This document shows positions 1-12,223 of a stretch of 64,000 nt of DNA, in pieces. Under the pieces are notes generated by a model. That model was not told the DNA's origin and did no database searches. It worked only from the letters and a program-made list of their open reading frames with translations. The stretch covers positions 64,001 through 128,000 of the forward strand of contig CAWCNS010000016.1 in assembly GCA_963796965.1 (NCBI GenBank), read 5' to 3'. This stretch comes from Calditrichia bacterium. Lineage in GTDB: Bacteria > Calditrichota > Calditrichia > JAJRVZ01. Positions within the stretch are counted from its first letter, which is position 1, and each line of letters opens with the position of its first letter. The position numbers and the translations under genes were made by a program.

Positions 1-741
1 AAGAATTTGCCGACTTTTATGCCCACTATTATGTGCCGCAAAATGCAACCTTATCGATAGCTGGTGATATCAATATTGAAGAAACAAAAAAAATGGTTAA
101 ACAGTATTTTGCTGATATCCCACGGGGCGAATCCAAAATTAAACGACCGACAGTAACAGAACCACCACAGAATGCTGAATTAAGGGATGTCATATATGAT
201 AATATTCAATTACCCGGTGTATTTTTAGCCTATCATATACCCGAGCAGGGCAATGCCGATTATTATGCGCTAAGCATGCTAACTACTTTATTATCAACAG
301 GACAGAGTTCACGTTTATATAAAGAGATCGTAGATAAGCAGCAAAAAGCAGTCCAGGTAACAGCGATACCTCTGGCGTTTGAAGATCCGGGACTATTTGT
401 AATCCTGGGAATTGCCAATGTCGGCGTCGAAGTTGATGAAGTCGAATTATTAATGGAGAAAGAATTCGATCGGGTGAAATCTGACTTGATTAGTGATAAA
501 GAGTTTCAAAAATTACGTAACCAAATAGAGAGTCAATTTGTTGATCAAAATTCAACCGTTGCAGGTATCGCTCAGAATCTGGCGAATTACCACATCTTCT
601 TTAATAAGACAAATCTCATCAATACCGAGATCCAGCGCTATCTAAAGGTAACCAGAGAAGATATAAAGCGTGTCAGCTAACCAATATCTATCCAAATCCA
701 ATCGTGTGGTTCTCCATTATCTTCCTCAACCAGCGATGTAG
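1..741 (+). CDS. M16 family (pitrilysin/insulinase) peptidase, C-terminal part; 5' truncated by window, frameshift near 675
   Basis: YY-P-NA..IAGD and SSRLYKEIV motifs of Peptidase_M16_C. Removing the extra A at 675 gives ...VANQYLSKSNRVVLHYLPQPAM* ending at 741. Confidence 0.85.
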
Positions 742-888
742 ACGCATTAAGTTTAAGAAGAGATAAAGATTAATGAGTAAAGAGAAGAGAGAAGAGGGAA
801 GAGAGAAAAAAAGTGTTTATCTGTCGATCCCTTCTCTGAGTTGCTAAGAATCTATGAGAATTTGATAAACAATATAATGGGGTATGAA

Positions 889-2969
889 ATGAAATATAGT
901 GTAAAAGGAGCCATTCTTGTACTTTGTATCGCTACTATGGTTTTTGCGCAAATCGATCGAACCGTGCCGCCGGCACCGGGACCTGCACCGGAGATTAAAA
1001 TCGGTGAGTCTCAAACTTTTGAGTTGAAGAATGGTTTGCAGGTCTTTGTCATTGAAAATCACAAATTGCCAAAGGTTGCATTGGCCCTTGCTTTTCGACT
1101 TGATCCCGTCCATGAGGGTGAAAATGCGGGATACATATCGCTGGCAGGGCAGATGTTGCGTACGGGTACAAAGACAAGATCCAAAGAAGAATTTGATGAA
1201 GAAATAGATTTTATAGGCGGGACCCTGGTAACATCGGCTGATTTTATTTACGGCTCTGCTCTAAAAAAACATTTTGATAAATTGATGACCCTTTTTACCG
1301 ATGTGACATTAAATGCAAAATTTCAACAAGAGGAATTAGACAGACTTAAAAAACAAACGATTTCCGGGATTGCTTTTTCAAAAGATAAACCGGATATGAT
1401 CGCCAATCGTTTGTTGAAAATCCTTAATTTTAGTTCTGAGCATCCCTATGGTGAAATTTTAACGGAGGAGAGTGTTAATAGTATCACATTGGAGATGTGT
1501 CAAAAATACTATGAATCATATTTCAGTCCCGATAATGCTTATCTGGCCGTCATTGGTGATATTACCTTGAATGAAGTAAAACCACTAGTTAATAAATATT
1601 TTAATGAATGGAAAGCTGTTGAGGTACCTTTTCATCAATACAAGATGCCCAAAGCACCTGAGAAAAATCAGGTGGCGCTTGTAGACCGGGCTAACTCGGT
1701 TCAATCGACTGTAATGGTTACTTATCCCATCCGATTGAAATTGGGAAGTCGTAATCAGATTAAAGCAGAGGTATTGAATGAAATTCTGGGCGGTGGCTCA
1801 ACAGGGAGATTATTCCTCAATTTAAGAGAAGATAAGGGATATACCTATGGCGCTTATTCAACCATGGATGCTGATCCAGTGGTTGGTTATTTTTCTGCAC
1901 AAGCTGAAGTGAGAACCTCGGCTAGTGATAGCGCTGTAACCGAAATTCTGAAAGAAATGAGTGGTTTAAGGGACAAACCCGTATCGGAGGATGACCTGCA
2001 ATTGGCAAAGAACTATTTAAGCGGTAAGTTTGCCCGCTCGCTTGAAGATCCGCAAACGCTGGCCCAGTTCGCATTAAATATTGAGAGATACTGGATGCCC
2101 AAAGATTACTATAAAAATTATCTAAAAAATGTCGAAGCAGTCACCGTAAAAGATGTACAGGATATGGCAAAAAAATATCTTAAACCGGAAAATTCTCACA
2201 TCATTGTTGTCGGAAAAGCTGAAGATATTGTGGGTAAAATGTCCGCATTCCATAATGAAGGGAAAATCCAGTTTTATTCACCATTCGGTGTTCCTGTCTA
2301 TCCTGAAGCTTTCAAGGCTCCTGAAGGTGTGACGGCAGAAAAAATTATCGAGAAATATATCCGGGCCATAGGGGGACGAAAAAAACTGGAAGATGTTCAA
2401 GATATTACCATAAAAGCCCAAACAAGTGTTCGTGGACAAAGTTTTATGATAATGATATTAAAAAAAGCACCCAATAAACTGATAACAAAAATGGAGTATG
2501 GAGGATCTGTCTTTCAGAAGACGATATTTGATGGAAATAAGGGTGTAACCGTTGCCGGACGGGTATCTACCGAAGTTGTTGGAAATAATCTCGAAGCATT
2601 AAAATTTGAAGCAGAAATGAACGGACTCCTGAATCTGGACAAATTCTGGATTAATGCGGAGATCGATAGGCGAAGAAACCATAGAAGAGAAATCTACCTA
2701 TAAAGTGAGGTTTAAACCTCAGATAGGATATTCCTGGATTAACTATTATGATAAAAAGACGGGACTCCAGCTGAAGCAGGAGAAATCGATGGATACACCG
2801 AATGGTGTGATGACACAGGTAACATATTTTAGTGATTACCGTAATGTAGACGGTTTAATGTTTCCATTTGAAATTACGCAAAGTGTCGCTGAATCAAGAT
2901 CTCGTTACATCTGTTATTTTTGTAAACATAAATGATGGGATTGAAGACTTTGAATTTGAAATAAAATAA
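889..2969 (+). CDS. Secreted M16 family peptidase-like subunit (no HxxEH seen) with C-terminal extension; frameshifts near 2650 and 2890-2925
   Basis: Signal peptide MKYSVKG..VFA/QID; LKNGLQVFV, RLFLNLREDKGYTYGAYS and YIRAIGG motifs; ORF 2654-2935 continues the C-terminal domain. Confidence 0.85.
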
Positions 2970-3035
2970 TAAATAGAAGAGAGTTCTATCTTAATTTAAA
3001 TTTCAATATATATATTATCTCAAAGGGAGGAAAAA

Positions 3036-3871
3036 ATGGATATGAACCAGGTTTCAAGTGAGGTTTCTGTCTATACGGATAGGGCATTAAAATTATTATT
3101 TGACTATGGACCTAATGTACTTTTAGCATTGCTTACCTTAGTTATCGGTCTTTGGATTATTAAAGTTTTATCTAAGGGCTTTGGACGTAGCATTACAAAA
3201 GGCCAATGTAGAAGCTTCACTTAGAAAAATTTTTACTAAGTCTTGTACGTATTATGTTGAAAGTTCTTCTGGTTATCAGTGTCGTATCAATGCTGGGTGT
3301 ACAAATGACATCATTTATTGCAATGCTTGGTGCTGCCGGTCTGGCAGTGGGTCTCGCCCTTCAGGGCAGTTTGGCAAACTTTGCTGGCGGTGTTCTCCTT
3401 TTGCTATTCAAACCCTTCAAAGTAGGTGATTTTATTGAAGCCCAGAGCTTTACCGGGACAGTTAATGCCATACAGGTTTTTAATACTGTTCTTAAAACAC
3501 CAGATAATAAAACAATTGTTATTCCTAATGGAAATTTGTCCAATGGGGCAATTACGAATTTTACAGCAGAAAAAAATCGCCGGGTTGAATGGAACTTTGG
3601 TATCGGTTATGCAGATGACCTTAAAAAAGCGAAGGAAATTCTAACCCAATTAGTTAAATCAGATTCGCGGATATTAAATGAACCTGAATCACTGGTTGCC
3701 ATATCTGAACTTGGTGACAGTTCGGTTAATTTTGTTGTACGTGCCTGGGTAAAATTGGAAGATTATTGGAGTGTTAATTTTGATATGAAGGAAAAGGTAA
3801 AATTAACTTTTGATGAACAGGGGATATCAATTCCATTCCCACAAAGAGATGTTCATGTTTATAATCATTAG
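3036..3871 (+). CDS. mscS: Small-conductance mechanosensitive channel (frameshifts near 3189 and 3230)
   Basis: GAAGLAVGLALQGSLANFAGG, KPFKVGD, IPFPQRDVH; RBS GGGAGG upstream of 3036. Confidence 0.92.
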
Positions 3872-3910
3872 CTATCATTCTTTATTTCTATCCTGCCTGT
3901 CAGGCATGGG

Positions 3911-4455
3911 ATGAGAGTAGATCAGGAAAGGATAAATGACATTAGAATATGGAGAAGTATTTATGACCGTGTACTTAATCTTATCGTTACAAATATTGAC
4001 TTTAGAGTACAGGAATTTAAATGTTAGATAAAATTGAGTATCGGGTAGCTGCAAAGCTGGCAGAATACCATCTTTATCCTTATGGGCGGGAAATATATAT
4101 CCATATTTTCAGAAAATTTAGTCACTTTCCTTTAAGATTAGAAGACCTGGGGATTAAAGGAGATGGATTAACAATAACTTTCATGGCATATGTAACACTG
4201 TTCTGTTTTGATAAGAATAAGGAAAATTTCCTACCCTTCTATAAAAGAATTGTTTCTGAATTGGAACCGGTAATCCATTCAATCTTTCCATATAATATCT
4301 CAGTTGAAACATTCCTGGGCTGTGTTTTATATTATTATCATCCCGTTGATATCAAGAATGTTCTTTCATCCATTGAAGTAAATGCCATTTTTGATGAAAA
4401 AGAGCAATATGAATTTCAGTTAAAGAAAAAGACATTACTTATTCATGCGATTTAG
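3911..4455 (+). CDS. Hypothetical protein; probable start 3911 with an A-run frameshift near 4020 (track ORF 4021-4455)
   Basis: Open frame MRVDQERIND...QEFK runs up to the 4021 ORF; no recognisable motif. Confidence 0.5.
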
Positions 4456-4488
4456 ACTAGCTATCATTGCTTTCGTCAGGAGTGGTAA

Positions 4489-6871
4489 ATGCGGAAAATA
4501 ATAGTTTTCATATTGTTTCTGCTCGGGATCTCATGGGCACAGCAAACGAATGAATTGAAAATTGGTGTTGCCTTGCGAGGAGGCGGTGCCCTGGGTTTTG
4601 CTCATATAGGATCACTCTCTGTTATTGATTCACTTGGTATCCCCATTGACTATATCGCCGGGACAAGTATGGGTGGATTAATGGGGGGGCTCTATGCTAT
4701 TGGTTATTCCCCAAAAGAGATGGCGGACTTTGTTCTGGGGATTGATTGGAATGATATTTTTAATGATGATCCTGCAAGGAAATTCTTACCCTATTTGATC
4801 AAAAGGAATTCGGGAAAATATCAACTTGCTCTGGATATTGAGGGTTTTGCACCTGCTTTACCCGACGGTCTTATTGCGGGTCGCAAAATATACAATTTAT
4901 TTTTTTCCATTACCTATCCCTATGAAGGGATCAAATCATTCGATGACCTGCCTATTCCATACCGATGTATTGGTTCTGATCTCATCTCGGCAAAAGAAAT
5001 TGTTTTTTCAAACGGATCCCTTGCTAAAGCCATGCGCGCGACGATGTCAATCCCAACGATTTTTGATCCAATCCGCTACGGAGATTCACTCGTTATAGAT
5101 GGGGGGATGTTGAATAATTTCCCCATTGATGCGGTTAAAAATATGGGTGCAGATTTTGTCATTGGTCTCGATTTGATCCATCCCTCCAGGGATATCGAAT
5201 ATTATGATAATCTTTTGAAGATCCTTGACCGGACTATGGATGTGCCCAGAGAGGCAAAGTTGTTGCAGACAACTGATATGGCTGATCTTTTGATAGATCA
5301 GAATATAGATCAATTTTCGTTAGCAGATTTTGATAAAGAGACCATTCCTAAAATTATCTTGAGAGGGAAACAAGCAGCCTATAGAAATTTAGATAAGTTA
5401 ATTGCTCTAAAGGAGAGATTGATCTAAAGGTGAAAAAAAATCAGGTATGAAGATTTTGGGCATTGAAGTGCAAGGAAATTCCCGAATCAGCAAAACACAG
5501 ATTGAACGAATTTTGCATATATATACCGGGAAAGTTTTGGACGAGAAAGATCTTAAATATCGGATTGATAGGTTTAACAATGCGACAAATCTGACGCGGA
5601 TTGAATATGTTTGCCAAGATGATGGTAATGAAGGTGTCTTGCTATTAATTGATGTATGGGAAAATAAGAACCCTGTTATTAAAAATATTTATTTTAGTGG
5701 AAATGAACGAATAAGCGATACATTTCTCTTAAATTTTCTGGGATTACAAGCCGGAGAAGCAGTCAACCTAACGGAAACCCGTGAAAATATTATGCTTTTA
5801 TATGGTTTGGGATATTTTAAAGAGATCCGTTATCAGATACTACAAAATACAGATAAAACTATTGATGTTTTATTTGAAATTAAAGAAAAATCAGCCCAAA
5901 ATTTTTTATTTGGCATACATTATGACGATTTTTTCAAACTTGTTGGCACTATTGGATTAAGAGCGACCAGTGTATTTTTTCCTGGTTTATATCTTGAGTC
6001 AGATCTTCAGTTTTCAGGTTTAACAAGGTTTAAAACAGATTTATATTACCCCTCCAGGTCAATGGAGTTTCCGATTTATCCAATTTTGTCCTTGGGTTAT
6101 ATGAGTATTCCACGCGATGTCTATGATTCTACCGGTGTACGGGCCTTTCGGTATGATGATCAGGGCTGGTATTTTGGCGGTGGACTTGGTTTGAGTATAA
6201 CCAAATTTTTAAATTATGAAGGTAAATTGCTGCTGGAATATCCCAATATTCAATTGGATATTGGCAATGCTGAGAATAATCAAAACGAGATTAAAGATAA
6301 AATTCTTACCTTTACTTCTGATCTGGATCTGGATCTTCTTGACAATGTGCTCATTCCGAATGATGGTCTAAAGTATAATGCCTTTCTGGAATTGAGTTTC
6401 AAAAATGTTGGTTCAGAGCATGACTACATCCGTTTCTCTTCATCTTTTGATTATTATAATACTTTTGCCAGGAATCATACAGCGAGATTATTTGCACGAT
6501 ATTTACAATCTTGGAAAGAGGAACCATTCTATAAAACCATTTTTTTTGTTGGTGGACCAAAGTCATTTGTTGGTTTGAACTATATGCAGGCGTATGGTCC
6601 CCGATTTAGTATAGTTCGCGCAGAATATCGGTGGCAATTTTTACAGGGAATATATATAAATGGAATCGTGAACACATCCTTTAACTATAAATTGGGGATC
6701 CCAGGGTCAACGGTCACGGGAAAGCCCTTTTGGGGCTATGGTTTTTCATTTACTTATAGCTCTATTCTGGGACCCATTGAATTGTATTTTACCTGGGGAG
6801 ATGAGACGCCCTATAATCCTGGGAGTAATAAAGTTCTTCGCACGTATTTCTGGGCCGGGTATTCACTCTAA
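4489..6871 (+). CDS. Patatin-like phospholipase + POTRA + Omp85/BamA-type barrel (PlpD-like), split at about 5420 by a probable 1-nt deletion
   Basis: Signal peptide; GGGALGFAHIG, GTSMG, DGG patatin motifs; POTRA-like segments (IEVQGNSRI, IYFSGNERI); C-terminal LGPIELYF...FWAGYSL. The second ORF has no signal peptide and its frame is open back to 5423. Confidence 0.8.
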
Positions 6872-7437
6872 TGACAAGCTGTGGTAAAAGAATAATCAAA
6901 CAATAATTGCCATTCCAGGAGTTGAATCTTTTGGCAAAGTTTCTCTAATTCTGATCCGCTGTTTATAACCTCTTCAACAAGGTCTACAAAATGGAAAGGA
7001 TCCCATGTGGATTGAGTCGTGAAATGGGAGATTTGATCTATATTTGTTTCAGAACATAAGAAGACAACACCCTTGTTGAGCGTATTAAAAATCGGGTGTT
7101 CTCCCACACGCCTGAACCAATACTTACTATTCCAGTAATCACCCTCTCTGCGATGCATAATACCATGCCAATAACTACCTGTTGTATTTAAGATAGACTG
7201 GCTGAGAGTGTGGGACTGATCAAGAAAGTCATGATGCAGCCAGATGCCGGCAAGACAGGCTTTAGCATAATCTCTGTCGTTTACATCCTTTGGGGTAAAG
7301 GACTGAGATAAGTCCATACTTTCCAATTGAGCCAGATATTTCATCTCCGCATTTCCCGGTCCTAACACGTTGAGTTTATCGGGATCGATCAACTTTGCGA
7401 AACTTTCTCCATAGACGGTGGGATTAATTAATTCCAT
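6868..7437 (-). CDS. Conserved hypothetical protein (WHGIMHRREGDYWNSKYWF motif)
   Basis: 189-aa ORF with a conserved-looking H/W-rich motif; function unknown. Confidence 0.7.
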   Translation of the reverse strand: MELINPTVYGESFAKLIDPDKLNVLGPGNAEMKYLAQLESMDLSQSFTPKDVNDRDYAKACLAGIWLHHDFLDQSHTLSQSILNTTGSYWHGIMHRREGDYWNSKYWFRRVGEHPIFNTLNKGVVFLCSETNIDQISHFTTQSTWDPFHFVDLVEEVINSGSELEKLCQKIQLLEWQLLFDYSFTTACH

Positions 7438-7455
7438 ACTCTTGTATCCTTTTCA

Positions 7456-7496
7456 ATAGAACGCGGATTACACGGTTGACGCTGATTATCGCGGAT
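7456..7496 (+). repeat. Solo arm of the GxxExxY-associated inverted repeat family
   Basis: ATAGAACGCGGATTACACGGTTGACGCTGATTATCGCGGAT matches 51385-51421 and 58791-58830. Confidence 0.85.
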
Positions 7497-7571
7497 AAAA
7501 ATAATATTTGAACATTGAATATTCCCTGTTGGATATTGGATATTCAGATAACTTATCAAACGCGAGACGAA

Positions 7572-7695
7572 AAACGTCCAATGTCCATGTACAAATGCCA
7601 AATCAGGTTCCAATTCCCAATGAGATAATACTGGTTCATTCTAGCCATTTGGATTTTGGATTTGAATTGGCATTGGGACTTTGATATTTGTCATT
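7572..7695. repeat. Inverted pair of degenerate ~7-nt periodic arrays (AATGTCC/AATGCCA ... TGGCATT/TGTCATT)
   Basis: Same family as 41691-41858. Confidence 0.7.
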
Positions 7696-7748
7696 ATTGA
7701 TTATCATGGTAAAACAGATGAAGCCTGCGGGCTTGTCGCGGACAAGCT

Positions 7749-9893
7749 CTACTTGTTTAATGGTACGTTCATTTCTGTCAACAAATGATCCGCACCGGCT
7801 AATTTTTGTGTCACCCAAAGAACATAACGGATATCAACTCCTATTGAGCGGCTATAATCTTCGCTCCAGGCATAATCATTTATTGTCGCCTCCCAGGCCC
7901 GATCAAAATTTACACCTATCAATTGTCCTTTTGCATTCAAAATCGGACTTCCTGAATTCCCACCGGTAGTATCCGTATCATATAAAATTCCCACCGGTAC
8001 ATCCTGTGTTTTTTTATTGTAGAACTGTCCAAAATTTTTATTCTTGTAGATGTCAATCAAATCCGGAGGTGTTACAAAAGGTTTGATTTGGGTTGTCTTT
8101 TCCATAACACCCCTAAAGCCCGTTATTGGTGAACAATAAACGGCATCTCTTGGATTATAACCATGAATATTGCCATAGGTCAGGCGGAACGTGCTATTGG
8201 CATCAGGAATAAATTCTTTATCATAAAATTCTTTTTTCATTTCTACTAACCTGGGGTGCAGTTTTGCGAGAGCTGAACTCAATTTTTTCGATTCATCTTT
8301 ATACATTTCTAGTTTGGGATTTAAAGCGAGAAAAAATTCAAGTGCAGGGTCATCGGATTTGGATAGATCCTCTGCAGTCATTTTAAATGCTTCTCGCACA
8401 TATTTTGCATCTGCAAATCTGGAATTGTTGTAAAGGTTCGAAACAAACGCTTCAATAGTTATGTCTGTAAATAGCTGGTTAAGTCCTTGTATCTTCTGTC
8501 CTTCGGGCAATTTTTTGGCTTGTTCTAAAAGATCTGTAAGAATTATCTTTTCTGAGGCAGGGAAAAAAGATTTTAATCCAAGGAAGAGATACAATTTTGT
8601 TCGCCTGATGTTCCGATCCATATAAACAGATTCACGTTCAATATCTGGTTTCTCCCGGTTCTCAGCATCACCATAAACGGTTTTTGCGTTTTTTAACGGT
8701 GTAGATAATCTGAAGATATTGCCTAATAATAATTCACGCTTTGCTGTTTTCGCTTTTTTATCATAGACTGATTTGATATCCGCCAACACAGTTTTGTAAT
8801 ATTCTTTTCTATTTGAATCAGATAGGATAAATTTCTGAAGTTTTTCTTCCTCAGATTTTCTTTTAGACACCAGATCAAGACGTTTCATACCTGTTAGTTT
8901 ACCTCGATAGTTTTTCATCCGGTTGGAGAGTCCTTTTATCGCTGAGGCAAGGGTGAGAGCTGCCTGGGGATCTTTTCGAGAAAAATCTTCCATAATAGAT
9001 ATCGCTTTCTCATACTCATCCGCAATATATGGCATTCTGAAGCGCTCTTCATAGTCAAGATAATAGGACGTCCGATGTCGATATGTTCTTCCAGGATATC
9101 CCATGATAAAAACGAAATCATCTTCCTGCACACCCTGAGGGGCAACCTGAAAATGGACTTTCGGATTGTAAGGAATATTTTCCATCGATAGTTCTGCCGG
9201 AGTGCCGTCAGGTGCCACATAAGCACGGAAGAATGAAAAGTCTCCCGTATGTCTGGGCCAAATCCAGTTGTCTTCCTCGCCTCCGAAGTTCCCGATTGAG
9301 ACAGGCGGGATATAGACCATACGGATATCTCTCAACTGTGTGTAAATGAATAACATATATGTTTCACCAATAAACATTTCAGAGATTTCTGCCCGTTTTC
9401 CCGGATAGTCTTTTTCTGCCTGAATTATAATTTCTTTTTTCTTCTTTTCAATGGCTTTCGAACGTTCAAGCAGATCCATGGATTCATCAATGGAATTCAA
9501 AACATCCTCGGAAACATCCCTATATAATTCAAGAATACTAGCGGTATAACCAGGTGCAGGGATCTCTCCCTTACGATTATTGGCTAAAAATCCATTAGTA
9601 AGATAGTCATTTTCGGTGGTGCTGGCTTGTTGAACTGCTCTGAAGGCACAATGATGATTGGTAATAATAAGGCCATCTGCAGATACAAATGATGCTGTGC
9701 AGCCACTAAGACGTATAATGGCATTCATTAAACTCATTCCACCGGGATTGTAAATGTCTTCGAGAGGTATGGTAAGTCCTTTTTCATTCAAATTAATTCG
9801 TTCAATCTCTGTAATCGGCCACATCCCCTCATCAGCAAGTAGGGAAGAAAATACAAACAATATCAATGTAAAAGTAAGCAATCGAATTATCAT
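7749..9893 (-). CDS. S46 family dipeptidyl peptidase (DPP7/DPP11-like)
   Basis: Signal peptide then ADEGMW; TNHHC, WPRHTGDFS, DTTGGNSGSP; probable start MIIRLL at 9893. Confidence 0.93.
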   Translation of the reverse strand: MIIRLLTFTLILFVFSSLLADEGMWPITEIERINLNEKGLTIPLEDIYNPGGMSLMNAIIRLSGCTASFVSADGLIITNHHCAFRAVQQASTTENDYLTNGFLANNRKGEIPAPGYTASILELYRDVSEDVLNSIDESMDLLERSKAIEKKKKEIIIQAEKDYPGKRAEISEMFIGETYMLFIYTQLRDIRMVYIPPVSIGNFGGEEDNWIWPRHTGDFSFFRAYVAPDGTPAELSMENIPYNPKVHFQVAPQGVQEDDFVFIMGYPGRTYRHRTSYYLDYEERFRMPYIADEYEKAISIMEDFSRKDPQAALTLASAIKGLSNRMKNYRGKLTGMKRLDLVSKRKSEEEKLQKFILSDSNRKEYYKTVLADIKSVYDKKAKTAKRELLLGNIFRLSTPLKNAKTVYGDAENREKPDIERESVYMDRNIRRTKLYLFLGLKSFFPASEKIILTDLLEQAKKLPEGQKIQGLNQLFTDITIEAFVSNLYNNSRFADAKYVREAFKMTAEDLSKSDDPALEFFLALNPKLEMYKDESKKLSSALAKLHPRLVEMKKEFYDKEFIPDANSTFRLTYGNIHGYNPRDAVYCSPITGFRGVMEKTTQIKPFVTPPDLIDIYKNKNFGQFYNKKTQDVPVGILYDTDTTGGNSGSPILNAKGQLIGVNFDRAWEATINDYAWSEDYSRSIGVDIRYVLWVTQKLAGADHLLTEMNVPLNK

Positions 9894-9942
9894 AATTATT
9901 CCTTTATAATTATCTAATTGAAAAATAAAAATGTATACAAAA

Positions 9943-10042
9943 TTAAACACAAAGCACTCAAAGTAGACTCAAAGTTCTCAAAGGAAAAATATATAGAAAA
10001 TCTTTGTGCCCTTGGAGTATTCTTGGTGTACTTTGTGTTTAA
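9943..10042. repeat. Inverted pair of ~9-nt periodic arms (CACAAAG../CTTTGTG..)
   Basis: Outer 12-bp perfect IR TTAAACACAAAG / CTTTGTGTTTAA; related arms at 27225-27247, 27337-27376 and 28246-28267. Confidence 0.8.
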
Positions 10043-10056
10043 GAAAAACGATTAAC

Positions 10057-11265
10057 TCATTTCGATACAAATCTAAATTGCACCACTTCTGCGCCGGCGC
10101 GGTAACGGAGAGGTATAATACTCATACCAATGCCATCAGTTACAATAACAGGCATTGAATCTTTAATTCCCATGCCGGAATAAAAATCATTCTCAAACTG
10201 TGTGGGTGTAACTGAAATGCCAAAAGGTTTAATCACGATCTGCCCACCATGTGTATGTCCTGCCAGTAGCAAGTGATATCCAAACCGGGCGGCATAGGTA
10301 ATGACCATTTCTGATGGTTGATGAACCAATAGAACTTTAATATCGGCCTCAGGTGCATTTCTCAAAAGTTTTTCTAATCTGGGTGGGGCAATTCGTTTGC
10401 TATAGACATAACTGATGCCTGTAATGAGAATTTTTTTGTTTTTATAATCAATAAGTTGGTGCTGGTCGTCAAGAAATTGCCAACCACATTTCTCAAGACC
10501 GGTCGATATCCTTTCTGCATCAGCCCAAATGTCATGATCTCCCAGGCAGGCAATTCGGGCAAGGTTTGCTTTAGTTTGACACAGAACATCCAAACCACGA
10601 TCTATATAGGCTGTACCACTTGTAACCAGATCACCGGCAAAAAATAGTATATCCGGATTTAGTTTTCTAATAATCTCATGAAAGTTCCTGGTTTTTTCTT
10701 CTGGTGTATAAGAATCTATCTGAACGTCAGCGGTTAATACAAGATTTAAATCTGTAAATTCACCGGGTAAATTTTCAACAGGAACGTCATATGAAACCAG
10801 ATCAATCTCTCTCGTATCAATATAGGATCTAATCAGTACAAACAGAAAGAAAAATGAAAACACCGCGATTTTACTAAGTGAAATCCATTTGATCCAGTTA
10901 ATATCCTGAGACCATTTTAACCAGCGGCTGAGTAATAACACTAGATCTGAGGCGAGAAAATAGGGCAGTGACTCTAAGACAATCAATAATCCTATCCAGA
11001 ATGGATAAACAAGCAAAATATCTACAAATGAAATTTCATCGGCATAAGAAAACCAGTTTCGGTATTCTCCTAAGAGATGGGCGATACCCATCGTTACAGG
11101 AAGTAAATAGATAAAAACAAAAAAGCCAATAATACCATACTGAATCAATTTAACCTGTTGAGGATAATAAAAGGTTAAAGCCTTAATAAGTCGCCAGGAG
11201 GTATAGGCATAAGGTAGTATTAAAACGGCAGATGTAATTAAAATCATTCTCAAGGCCCAGGGCAA
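10057..11265 (-). CDS. Membrane-anchored metallophosphoesterase (YkuE/YaeI-like)
   Basis: N-terminal TM helices; ADVQ, GDLV, LGDHD, LVHQP, GHTHGGQ. Confidence 0.88.
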   Translation of the reverse strand: MPWALRMILITSAVLILPYAYTSWRLIKALTFYYPQQVKLIQYGIIGFFVFIYLLPVTMGIAHLLGEYRNWFSYADEISFVDILLVYPFWIGLLIVLESLPYFLASDLVLLLSRWLKWSQDINWIKWISLSKIAVFSFFFLFVLIRSYIDTREIDLVSYDVPVENLPGEFTDLNLVLTADVQIDSYTPEEKTRNFHEIIRKLNPDILFFAGDLVTSGTAYIDRGLDVLCQTKANLARIACLGDHDIWADAERISTGLEKCGWQFLDDQHQLIDYKNKKILITGISYVYSKRIAPPRLEKLLRNAPEADIKVLLVHQPSEMVITYAARFGYHLLLAGHTHGGQIVIKPFGISVTPTQFENDFYSGMGIKDSMPVIVTDGIGMSIIPLRYRAGAEVVQFRFVSK

Positions 11266-11416
11266 AATATAAATCCTATATTAGTTTGAAATTCCATTTA
11301 GATTTGAATCAGGCGAATCTAAATTTAGCAAAAATCAAGATATTATCAAAACTTGATATTTTCCAGCATTCCCCTTATTATCTCTGAGCAGCTAATAAAA
11401 ATGAAGGAGAGTTGGT

Positions 11417-11659
11417 GTGGATATTAATATGCTAACAAACTTTTTTTTGTGGTGCACGATAATTAATGGCGCTCTTTTACTTCTCTGGGTCATTTCCTGG
11501 AAAATTGCACCGGATATGGTATATCGTACACAATTTAAGTGGTTTCCCATCCCCCGGGAATCGTTTAACAAAATATTTTATTCATTCCTTGGATTATTCA
11601 AAATCGTGTTCCTTGTTTTTAATCTTGTACCATTGATCGTATTGATGATTATGGAATGA
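11417..11659 (+). CDS. Small membrane protein (DUF6868-like)
   Basis: FFLWCTIIN...YSFLGLFKI..LVFNLVP pattern; RBS AAGGAG, GTG start. Confidence 0.7.
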   Translation: MDINMLTNFFLWCTIINGALLLLWVISWKIAPDMVYRTQFKWFPIPRESFNKIFYSFLGLFKIVFLVFNLVPLIVLMIME

Positions 11660-11763
11660 GATTCAAAAACCACGAAATTTGCATAGGGATTTTTGAGCCA
11701 TTTCCATTCTAATTGATTAAACATTTGAATTTACGGAGTGGCGGATTATGAAGGAGAAGAGTC

Positions 11764-12213
11764 ATGACAAATAGAGAGTATCATCCTTATTCTTTAGTAA
11801 AATATTTCTATTTTTCACTTCTGATTTTGATGATTCTTGCCGCAGGTTGTGCCAGCTGGATGGGATTCCCCACTTATTATGATGTAACTACTTACAAGAA
11901 TCTCACTGATTTAAAGCCGGAAGTGATGATGCTCTATGATAGTTTTACCAGGGAATCCCTTGATGATAAAAAAATTGAGCGTATAAAACTCAAATTCGCA
12001 CAAATTTATGAATACGAAAAAGGTAAGGGTGAAAAGAATATAGAGACTTTCACACAAGTAAAAATGATTAGTGAAATGTTCGAAAGACATCTTTTAGACC
12101 GTACACAAAATGGAATCTGGTCAAAGATACACCTTGAGAATCAGAAAGAAAATATTGCAGAGGCATTTGATATTGCGATTAAGACGGAAAGCAAAAAAAA
12201 TAAAAATGACTGA
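11764..12213 (+). CDS. Hypothetical lipoprotein
   Basis: Hydrophobic stretch + lipobox LAAGC; RBS AAGGAG. Confidence 0.75.
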   Translation: MTNREYHPYSLVKYFYFSLLILMILAAGCASWMGFPTYYDVTTYKNLTDLKPEVMMLYDSFTRESLDDKKIERIKLKFAQIYEYEKGKGEKNIETFTQVKMISEMFERHLLDRTQNGIWSKIHLENQKENIAEAFDIAIKTESKKNKND

Positions 12214-12223
12214 GGATTAGAAC

